From the NCBI GenBank assembly GCA_951406725.2, contig OX597819.1, forward strand, positions 109,058,001 through 109,122,000: DNA of 64,000 nucleotides, in the 5' to 3' direction. Made by a program: the position numbers and the translations under genes. The stretch comes from Octopus vulgaris. Lineage: Eukaryota. Shown here in pieces: positions 53,858-64,000 of this stretch. Position 1 is the first letter of the stretch. Each line of letters starts with the position of its first letter. The notes under the pieces are model-generated. The model was not told the origin of the DNA, searched no databases, and worked only from the letters and a program-made list of their open reading frames with translations.

Positions 53858-54177
53858 ACAAGCAGTGTTCTTTGTTTCCACTCTTCAGGGAAGACATGCC
53901 CAACCATTGGGAAATATTACCTTGGTTAGATATAGGTGAGAGTTTGTGGCAGAAAGGCATCTGGCCATAGAAAATCTGCTGCAACAAATTCCATGTAAGC
54001 ATGAAAACTGAATGTTAAAACAAAACAAAATTTTAAGATTGATATTACACTTTAAGACTGGTTAAATAAGAGGCCAAGATTGTACCTCTTGCTTGATCTT
54101 AACGTCAATTTAATGCATGAGTCACAACATGTTTACCAGACATTTACATATGTATTAGGTACATACATACTTGAGAG

Positions 54178-54314
54178 CAGTGTATGACATAGCTAAACAT
54201 CTTGTGACATTCTAATAATAACCAGAAGACACAGAAGCAGCATCACATTTAATATAGCATCCAACTTTTCCCCCCACAATGACATAGAGGTCAAGGTGGG
54301 TCAACAGAGATGCC
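54178..54314 (-). ncRNA. H/ACA snoRNA copy 8 (pocket variant CUGUUGA)
   Basis: H box AUAUUA, ACA box; unique flanks. Confidence 0.7.
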
Positions 54315-55271
54315 ACACACACACAAATATCTTTACTGAGGCCTGCAACAGAACATTCTCTCACACCTGAGACAGAGCTGCCATTGCACACAAACATTCA
54401 ACATGCCAATCAGTCAGGTGGGCCAAAAAGAGGGCCATCTAACTGATTGGCATAAAGCCACTCGCAAACATGTTCCAGCCTTTAATCGAAAGTCTTCTCT
54501 TTCTGCTTTTTTTTACCACTACTATACTGACCTCTGCCCATTTGGGCTACCTCCACTTAGACATTCCCATTCCAACTGTCTCTCCTCCTCTCATTACTTT
54601 TGTTGTATCCTAGCCCCTAGGCCCTACACTACACCAAGTCCTTCCTTCCTAGAAAGTCAGCCTTCTGGAATCCCCACATATACAACACCCGCTCATATTT
54701 TTCCCACAAGTATTGACTTGCAAAGATTCATGAGGCACATTAATGGCTTCAGTCTCAGTCTAACAAATTCTATCTGGCACATGCCAGCATAGAAAAGTGG
54801 ACATAAAAATGTTGATGATGGTGTGCTATCCAAACAATGCGTTTCAGGTATCTTTAAAATACCTTTGTCTAAAAGATTCTAACTTCAAATAAAGGATACT
54901 TGTATGTGTTATAATTCTCAAGAAGTAAACCTGCTCCTACAGATGTCTATGATAAAATTCCAAGAATTGATGTAACTAGAACCAAGAATAGTTGGAATGT
55001 TTGCAGATCTGTGCATAAGTTACAAAGTTTGGTTTGGCGTAGAGTTATCTTAGTCTAAATTATCAATCTGTCTCAGACGGTCTGGATGTAAATGGTGAGG
55101 CAGTGAGAGTGCCAAAAGTATTTGTGGTTCTGTTGATGATGTTGGTCTCTTTGAAAATCAGACATTGCTTCAGCAGTCAGACATGCTAAAAAAAAAGACA
55201 TATTTGATACACACCCTTTCACCCACCCCCACTGTATGTATATACAGCTATAGAAAAAAATACACATCTAA

Positions 55272-55406
55272 GAATGTATGACACATGTGACATCCTGTAT
55301 CATTTCAATGAAAACGAGATGATACAGAAACAGCATCACTTTAATATAGCATCTAACTTTCCCCCCAACAATGACATAGAGGTCAAGGTGGGTCTACAGA
55401 GATGCA
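55272..55406 (-). ncRNA. H/ACA snoRNA copy 9
   Basis: GCAUCU/AGAUGC stem, H box AUAUUA, ACA box; more diverged 3' hairpin. Confidence 0.74.
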
Positions 55407-57210
55407 ACACACACCCAACACATTTTTAATATTTGTAACAATAGGGCATCCAGCTGTAGAAACTTGGCCAGATCAGATTGAAGCATGGTGCAGCCATCTG
55501 GTTTGCCAGTCCTCAATCAAATCGTCCAACCCATGCTAGCATGGAAAGCAGACATTAAATGATGATGATGATAGATGTTAAAAATTTTAAAGCATATGAA
55601 TAACCAAACAGTACATTAAAGGATTCTACAGAAGCTAAGAGGTCAGTAGTCTCTTGTTTATTGTATCTTACTGAATCTTACACTCAAATGTTTATCATTT
55701 GTGTACTACAATGCATCCTTGAAACAACATTTCATGTTCAAGAACCAAACAGTACCTTAGTTAATTTGTTGTTTCTATTGAACAAACTGTCTGTACATTC
55801 ATATTCTTGTATATATAATGTGGCTTATTGTTTTCAAAGATTCTGCAAATCAGTATACCTACTACATCTTCAATGTTTTTATATCCTCAGAGCACCTTAA
55901 AGCTGACATTAAATCTTGATGATAATAAATATTTCCAGTGTTAGAAACCCACAAGTTAGTTGCATCTTACAGAGGTTCTTCATGTAAGAAAGAGCCAGGA
56001 AAAGTTTACAAAACATACAGCATACTAGTTATAAACTCTGTAATCAAAAGTATAACCAAAGTCTATTTCACTACACAGGTCGGTTTGATTTAAGACTATT
56101 CTAGTGATTAGTGCACTCTAAAAACCATCTTGTGCCAAAATTATGATTACACTTGTAAGTTAGGTTGGTTATCCTATCAGAGTTGATGTTGTAAGCAGGC
56201 CCACGAGACGGTGTGATAACATACAAGGTTTCCTAGACATATATTACAAAGTTCAGTTTAACATGAAGGACTTGAAAATATCCTGATATAAATTTACTCA
56301 AAGGAATATACATTATCCACACACTTAAACACAAAAACTATCACATAGTTACAAATCATTATAGAGCACAGACATGGCTTAAAGGTCAAGAGGCCTGCTT
56401 CCTAACCATGTGGTCTAGAGTTCAGTTCAACTGCATGGCACCTAGGGAGTCTTCTAGTTGCAAACCCAGACTGCACAAAGTCTAGTGAGTGGATTTCATA
56501 AATGGAAACTGAAAGAAGCCCATTGCATGTGTGGGTGTCTGTGTGTACCCTTTTCAAAACACCATGTAGGGTTGTAAATGAGCATCATCATCATACAAGC
56601 ATGGTTGTTCATTTCCCATCTTTGTGGTAAATATGTCCAGCTATGGAAAAATATTACCTTGTTTGGAAACAGGTGACAGAAACTGACAGGATGTGCATCT
56701 AGCCACAACAAATTTTGTCACAGACTTTAAATGTTAAACCACCCACCCACAACTTCTATTCCACTTTTGCCTGGTGGGGCCTTCTGGACACCTTAACACC
56801 ACTCTATGCCGTGTGGATTCTACTGATCATTTTATCCCCATCACCACCACCTTTTTTTTCCATATAAGACGTTAGTAGCCAAGCAGAACCCTCTGCAGGA
56901 ACCTGCTCTACCCTCTTCTCTCATAGTAAACTCCCAGCATGAAGCTGACTCTTCCTCCACCTACACCAGGGCTTGTGGCCCAACAAACTGCAGAGTGACC
57001 TTAAATGTGCAGGTGACACAAAAAAAGCACCCGGTACCTACTGTAAAATGATTATTGTTAGGAAAAGCATCCAGTCATAAAAAACCATGCCTAAGCAGAC
57101 ATTGGAACTCGAAGCAGTCCTTGGATACATCGATGTTAAAAACACATAGACATGAACATGTCATATAAAAACAAACTACCATATAGCACTATATATAATA
57201 TTATACATAC

Positions 57211-57499
57211 CTCGCTTTTTTGCTTTATGTGCTGTTAAGTTGTCTTCCTCTTCCTCACTATCATCATCATCATCATCATCATCATCATTGTCGTCGTCGT
57301 CTTCGTCGTCAGAGCTAAATACTTGTTGTTGACCAATACTATTATCCACTGGTATCACCTCAAAATCTTCCTTCTTATTTTTTGCCTTTGCTTTGCTAGG
57401 TATTTTAAGATCATCAATTTCATCCTTCCCATCTTTCATTTCATCCTCACTGGCTTCACTTTCCTTCTCGTCTTTTGAAATCAAAGCAGAGAATGAATC
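57211..57499 (-). CDS. FTSJ3: FTSJ3/SPB1 exon (acidic region)
   Basis: tctag|DSFSALISKDEKE...EDFEVIPVDNS...D/E run...KAKKR-G|gtatgt; phase 1 joins the 44829 exon (GTG, Val). Confidence 0.88.
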
Positions 57500-57640
57500 C
57501 TAGAAGAAAAAGAGGTAAATAAATACACAAAACAGAAGATGTAAATACAAAATATGAAAATTTACATATATACATGTGTCTTCCCTCTCTTCTCTCTATC
57601 TATCTATCTGTATGTATAAATAAATATATATATATAAAAT

Positions 57641-57975
57641 GAAGGCGTATGGCTCAGTGGTTAGAGCGTTGAGCTTTTGATCGCGCGGTTGTGAGTTTGA
57701 ATCCTGGACCGGGCTGCATGTAGTGTTCTTGAGCAAGACACCTTATTTCACGTTGCTCCAATTCACTCAGCTGTAGAAATGAGTTGCGACGTCATGGGTG
57801 CCAAGCTGTATCGACCTTTGCCTTTCCCTTGGATAACACTGGTGGCATGGAGAGGGGAGGCCGGTATGCATGGGTGACTACTGGTCTTCCATAAACAACC
57901 TTGCCTCGACTTGTGCCTGGGAGGGTAACTTTCTAGGTGCAATCCCATGCTCAGTCATGACCGAAGGGGTGTCTC
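57641..57975 (+). mobile_element. tRNA-derived SINE
   Basis: TGGCTCAGTGG A-box, GTTTGAATCC B-box, CTTGAGCAAGACAC core. Confidence 0.7.
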
Positions 57976-58329
57976 AGCAGTCAATATATATAAAACTATA
58001 AAACTGATATCTATTAGAAATGGATGAACTCCACCCCACCAGTTTTACTTTGCATTTGCTTCCATTAGTCTCAACTCTTAATTTTAGAAGTTGTATTTCC
58101 ATATCTATTTCGTTTAGAGACATTAATTCCATAGTTTCTTTTATTTTTCTGGCTCTTCAGTTATTGTTTTTATTTGCAGTTTACAAAGTAAACTAATGAA
58201 CAAATGGAAAAGGAATGTACCAAAAAAGCAGAAGGACTCCACTTACAAAACATTTTGAAACTCTGAAAAGAAGACTGTGAAAATATGGACACTGTGTCCC
58301 TCCAATGATGGAAGAGAAATAATAATTGG

Positions 58330-59360
58330 TTCCTAAATTATGAAGCGGAGTTTAAGTGGACAACCCTTTCGCAAAGAAATTGATTTAAGTAAAAACATAT
58401 GCGGATACAGTAGGACAACCAAACATAAGCTCAAATATGTTTGATAGAGAAGATAATAGAGACAAATCACTAGTAAAAAAAAAAAAAGCAAATTTTGTCC
58501 AAAGGTAGGGAAAAAATACAGCTCTTGATACTTCCTGAGAACTAATTGCAAATTTTTCTATTTAAATGAAAGAAAATAGAAAATAGAAAATCAAATTTCA
58601 CAAAACAAGACTGGCAAAATCTAATTAATCTACAATTAAAGAAGCTAACAAAGGTAGTGCTGTGGTTATCCTGGATACAAAGTATTACAAAGAAATGGTA
58701 TTGAAATGTTTGAAAATAACTATTATGAAAAAATAGACAACTATAAACAATCAAAGGTATTGGGAAAATCTTGCTATATTGAATAAATATCACAAATATC
58801 TGACACCAATAGAATTTGACCATATAAGCAATTTCAGACACAAAGCCAGTGACTACTATGGTCTACCAAAAATTCACAAAAATAAAGTTATAAGTTATAC
58901 TTGTAAAAACTCTAAATATAAATATGTTAAAATATTGCCTCTAGATAATACAAAACTCCAACCAGTTATAGCAGGCCTTGCATATGAAGCACACAGGTTA
59001 AGCAATTTTTTGGACATCTTACTAAAACATTTCTTAAGGCATGTACTGAGTTTTATTCAAGAGGATCTGTATTTACTTAATCACTTATTAAACACAGTAA
59101 GTCAAAATACAATTATTATTTCTTTTAACGTTATTTATCTATACACTAATATTCCACCTAATTATGGAATTAATGCAATAAAATATTAGATGTACACTAA
59201 GTCAAATTACCAGAATGCATCAAAATAACTTTATCATTAAAACTCAGAGATTCATATTAGAAAATAATTACTTCTCCCTCAATGATTTAATGTACTTTAA
59301 AATATCAGAGACTGTGATGGGGACCAAAGTTGCCCCTACATATGCCTAACTAGTAACGGA
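58330..59360 (+). mobile_element. Decayed Penelope-like element reverse transcriptase
   Basis: Ordered PLE RT motifs: KEANKGSAVVI, YGLPKIHK, LQPVIAG, SFNVIYLYTNIP, ILENNYF, VMGTKVAPTYA; stops and frameshifts. Confidence 0.85.
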
Positions 59361-59778
59361 AGTCATAATTGTCACTTCAGATAATAATACAAGGAAGAAT
59401 GATGAAATGGCAAATTTTTTGAGTATTGGCCAAAATACCATGCAGTATTTCTCCTGGTTTCTTATATTCCGAGTTCAAATCCTACTGACTTTTGCCATTC
59501 ATTCCATTGGGATCAATAAAGCATCAATTGATAAACTAAAGCATTGAGGTCAGTATTATCAATTAATTTCCTCCCCTTCAAAATTGCTAGCTTATGATGA
59601 AAAGTATTCCAGCCATGACCATCCATAAGGTATAGTGTAGGACTATATTAACCAATATATCTCACACTTTTTAAGTGGAGGGATGTGAATCAAGGGTGAC
59701 CTGGCTATTATTTCTAGCATATAGAGGACTCCTTTATTGATTTGTATGATTATAGTTTATGAAGAGAGCAAAGCTTAC

Positions 59779-59860
59779 CTTGCTAAACCATTCTGCCACT
59801 TTTTCAGATGTCGTCTGTTTCTCAGTGAGACTCACCAACAGAGGATTTTCTTTCTCTTTT
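59779..59860 (-). CDS. FTSJ3: FTSJ3/SPB1 exon
   Basis: aatag|-KEKENPLLVSLTEKQTTSEKVAEWFSK|gtaagc; NPLLV...WFSK motif. Confidence 0.92.
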
Positions 59861-60156
59861 CTATTTAAAACAAATACAACATATAATACAGATGATGACA
59901 ATGATGGTGAAGGTTAGTGGTGATGAGGAGGAGAAGAATACGGAAAAATACAAAAATGACTGCAACAATGATGGTCAATGCTTCTCGACCTTTTTTAATC
60001 ATCACCCCTTTTCTTTTACTAACACTTTTTCAATGACTTCTTACAATAATCTGGAAGAGGGTAGAAAAGTGATGACCCTGCATTCCCTCTGTAAATGGTG
60101 AGACTGATGCTGCTGTTAATGTTCCAGTTAAACTGCGCTTATATATGCATACACAT

Positions 60157-60201
<45 letters not shown>

Positions 60202-60207
<6 letters not shown>

Positions 60208-61030
60208 GCGATGGATAAATTGCTGCCATTCTATATTTTTAATTTCGTGCATGCGCATAGTTTGTTTTTGATTTTGTAGACTACACCGTATAGTAGGGTC
60301 AGTTGGGAACCATCTGTAACAAGAACATCGTGATGCAATTCATTCTACCAGAAATTTGGAAACAACATACTGTACAGCTTGGCAATGGCACTGGAAGCTC
60401 CAATGTGAACATTTCAGAGTGTTTAGGTGTCAATCTGAGGACATGTACTGAGAGTAATAAAAATCAAACATCCAGTCAACATTATGGTGTTTGGAGTAAT
60501 CACTAGTGATAACAATGTTAGGCCTCCATTCATCTTCTCACACGGCCTCACACTCAACATGGAGGTCTACATTAAGTGCTTGGAGGAGGTAGTGCTGCCT
60601 TGGGTCAAGAGGGTGGCTGCTGGAAGACCCTATGTTTGGCAACAGGACTCTGCACCATGCTACACAAGCAAGAGAACCCAGTCATGGCTGTCAGACAATT
60701 TCTGCAACCACATCACCCCTAACATCTGACTGCCTAACTCCTTAGACTACAATTCCTTTGATTTATTATGTGTGAAGTGCAGTTGAGCAAGAAACCAACA
60801 AAATTTCTTGTAAAACCAAAGATAACTGAAGGCAAGGATTATGGAAGCATTCATCAACCTAAACAAGGAGACCATCCAGAAGAGTTGCAGGAGATTCCAA
60901 AGTTGTCTGGAGGCCATGGTTGAAGCCAATGGTGATTTTATTGAATAAATTTACTCTTTAGTATTTCAAGTTATTTTTATGTAATTTTGGTAAATATATC
61001 TGTAAAAATGAGATGTCAGTGTTATTTTGT
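60202..61030 (+). mobile_element. maT (DD37D) element with internal deletion, catalytic half
   Basis: Same left end as 52336; MVFGVITSD...WQQDSAP...PNSLDYNSFD with 37 codons (one a stop) between the 2nd and 3rd Asp. Confidence 0.8.
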
Positions 61031-61519
61031 TGGGCGTATTCAGGGTTTTTTGACACCTGGCACCCTGGAGCAATTTTACTTTTAATGTAATCATGCAGTT
61101 AGTGAGAACATAAAGAAGATACACACACTGAGTATGTGACAGCTGTGGTGTTTATATATATATATTCTTTTACTTGTTTCAGTCATTTGACTGCAGCCAT
61201 GCTAGAGCACCACCTTAAGGGGTTTTAGTTGAACAAATCAATCCCAAGACTTATTCTTTGTAAGCCTAGTACATATTCTATCAGTCTCTTTTGCTGAACT
61301 GCCAAGTTACAGGGATATAAACACACCAACATTGGTTGTCAAGATATGGTAGTTGGGAGAAACACAGATGCAAACACACAAATATATACATATATATCAT
61401 CATCATTTAATGTGTCTTCCATGCATGCATGAGTATAAAAATTTTACAAGTGAAAAATTGATAACGACTTCGAAGTTTTTGTTTGTTTGCCTGCATCATA
61501 TATATAATATATATTTATA

Positions 61520-61667
61520 TCTATCTTATATATTAAAAGGCAAGTTGTATGTCTGTGTGTTGTGTGAACCACTTCTCCTACACTTTTCAACCGAATTTCA
61601 TTAAATTTTACACATGCCTTACTAAAGGTCCTGGGCCAAAAACATTTCAACTTCGAAAGAAGTCTGT

Positions 61668-61704
<37 letters not shown>

Positions 61705-63474
61705 CTTATGCATCCCAAAACCAAGTAACTGATTTTGATGTATGGGGTATCAAAAGATTCAGTACTATTTCAGTTACACACTAAACTTCATTGTCATTCA
61801 CATATTTGCATTCCAAAACTTTAACATTATAATCTTTTCCGTAGATCAACTACCATAAACATTTTATACGATAATGACGTCACATTTTCTGCATGCGTAT
61901 GTTCCTTATGCATTAAAAAATTGGGTTTCACCTTCATTCTTTCAATTTGAATTCTAATGTGATAACATTAAGATCATTTTATTTTTGTTATATTTGAAAT
62001 AAATGAATAATTTACGTCCTAATGTGAACATTACGCATCGGCAACTTTCTGTTTTTATGGCCAATACATCAGAATGGTGTGTCAGTGTATGTGTTGACTG
62101 ACATAACAAATGGCTGGAGGTGAAACTCTTGACAAAAAACAATGAGATGGCAGGTCTAAGGTATATAAAAATGCACATTTACTGTTCAATTACCAGTTAA
62201 TCACTATCGCAGCAGTTGCAAGGTATTTACATATTTACCCTCAAATTAACATTTAATACATGTGCTTAATATATATATATATTAAGAAATTTACCTATAA
62301 TAATTATTGTGGTATTTACCGTTAAATTAGCAGTTCATACATGTGCTTCTCTTTGGTTAATTTATACTGCATACAAAAAATAAAAACATACTACATATAT
62401 ACAACTGCTTACAAAAATAGGGAACAATGTGTGATTTTTTTTCTATGTTCATAATTTTTCTTTTACAATATTGAAAAAAGTATGCCACCAAAGAAAAGAT
62501 GTTATCTCTCCAGAAACAAGTATAATGCAAGGAGGATTGTAGAAAACCAAAGGGATGTTACAGGGATGCTCAAGAGAGAAGGGAGATAAAACTTTCCCAA
62601 GATCAGCAAATGCATGCTGCAGCACTTAATGCTGGATCATTAAATCAATGTTTCAATGATTAGACAGAGCTCCAATAGAATAGCGCTCAGAAACAGATTA
62701 TGTACAAATTCATTCTTCACAACTCATGGCACTGTTTTCAGATATGATCCATCCCATTCTTATCAAAATGATAACTCTGTTCAAACTGGTGTGCTAAATA
62801 CAAATTGTCGTTTCTGTAGAGCTTTAAAATTTTCAAATGAAACAAATGGCATGTGCTGCTCAGGCGGTTAGGTAAGATTGCCAGCACTACCAATTCCTTT
62901 TCAACCTCTTATGGATCTTCTAGAAGGCACTTACATCTAGTCAAAGAATTTTCTGAACAATATCAGACAATACAACTCTGCATTTCAAATGACATTGTTT
63001 ACTCCATCTAAGAAGATACTTAAACATGAATTTACGCCGATGTCAAAGTTCAAGGGCAAGTCTACTACCTTATTGGTTCCCTCTTACCCACAAATGAACA
63101 ACCACAGTTCCTCCAAATTTATTTTATAAGTGATGTAGGACATCAAACCCGAAGGAGGCGTCAAAATTTCAGATGATGGGTCATGTTAGACACAGCGCAG
63201 ACTACTGCAAAGGAGAGTATATCCACTGACAGATTTTCGGTGCGTTCAAAAATCACATAACCCTCACCCCCAATTTTCCACGACAGGCTAAGGCCTGAAA
63301 AACTCCAAATGGACATATAGCATGTTGCTTAGTCGAATCAGCCCATCATTTACTCCAGAAATATTTTGTTGTCAATGCTGCACTTTCCCATATCATCTGT
63401 TTCAACATAACTGTAATATAATATATACAAACTATGACATTTTAATCCCGAGCAAAGCCAGGCATCTCAGCTAG
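61520..63474 (+). mobile_element. Internally deleted Helitron with decayed RepHel N-terminus
   Basis: A|TCTATCTTATATATTAAAA start; CRFCRALKF...MCCSGG, FLNNIRQYNSAFQMT, VQGQVY, PQFLQIYF motifs; CCCGAGCAAAGCCAGG...CTAG|T end. Confidence 0.85.
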
Positions 63475-63540
63475 TATATATATATAGATTATTCACACAC
63501 ACACACAAAACATACAAAGAAGGGAATGTACATGACTTAC

Positions 63541-63824
63541 TCTTCAATTCCGTCATCACCATCATCAACCTTTTTCTTCCCATCTAATTCCTCTAGTTCA
63601 TCATCATCAGATAATTCCGCCATGCTGATATCATCATCGTCATCATCAGCCTTTGGTTCTTCACCATCATCACTATCGATGTTGTAATCGTAATCTTCTC
63701 TCTCCGTTGGGTCACGGTTATAAGACACCTTTGTAACTATTTTAGGAATGAAAATGTCATCATCATCTATTAACGCTTCCTCATCAGCCAAGCTCAAATC
63801 TCCCTTTTGAATCTTTTCCAGACC
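63541..63824 (-). CDS. FTSJ3: FTSJ3/SPB1 exon (acidic middle region); gene continues upstream of the window
   Basis: ttaaag|GLEKIQKGDLSLADEEALIDDDD...DDGIE-E|gtaagt; phase 2 joins the 59860 exon. Confidence 0.8.
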
Positions 63825-64000
63825 CTTTAAATAACAAACAATAATTGTGAGATAAAGGCTTTGAGAATTATAAAGTTGCACAACTGAATAAAATACAGGT
63901 TCAAATCTTAAAACAACCACAATATCAACTTTACTACAAACATTAAAAAATATATTGTCCTACAAGGGATGTGAGGTTGAACTTATGAACATCATCTTAC

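Noticed and set aside
45955-55406. Repeat-spacer array read as CRISPR-like
   Set aside because: Units are ~135 bp with 350-2600-bp spacers that are partly duplicated; eukaryotic intron, no cas genes; the H/ACA fold explains it
57641-57715. tRNA-like sequences (also 5672 and 35370)
   Set aside because: A/B boxes present but no complete cloverleaf, and they run into SINE bodies

Overview
AT-rich, microsatellite- and SINE-dense eukaryotic DNA. The repeat landscape looks like an octopus/cephalopod genome (inference). One host gene is well supported: the 3' part of FTSJ3/SPB1 (pre-rRNA 2'-O-methyltransferase) on the minus strand, traced by hand as 8 phase-compatible GT-AG exons between 38359 and 63824; its 5' end lies beyond the window. 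The main hidden signal is in its 12.4-kb intron (44830-57210): nine sense-strand copies of a ~135-nt hairpin-H-hairpin-ACA snoRNA. It resembles SNORA58, and its 5' pocket can pair around the 28S CUGUCCC-U-A-UCUAC site. The array grew by tandem duplication with crossovers inside the snoRNA. The second signal is a set of long inverted repeats embedded in (TA)n/(CA)n that carry minimal type I hammerhead-ribozyme cores typical of Penelope-like element ends, and a decayed Penelope-like RT lies at ~58.3-59.4 kb. Also present: an ORF1/zinc-knuckle-only retroelement inserted into a SINE with a 16-bp TSD, a CR1-like LINE 3' end sharing its tail with the main SINE, DD37D (maT) fragments, two Helitrons and piggyBac-type MITEs. 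Almost all ORFs in the supplied track are microsatellite or SINE artefacts. Family assignments come from motif recall, not from database searches.
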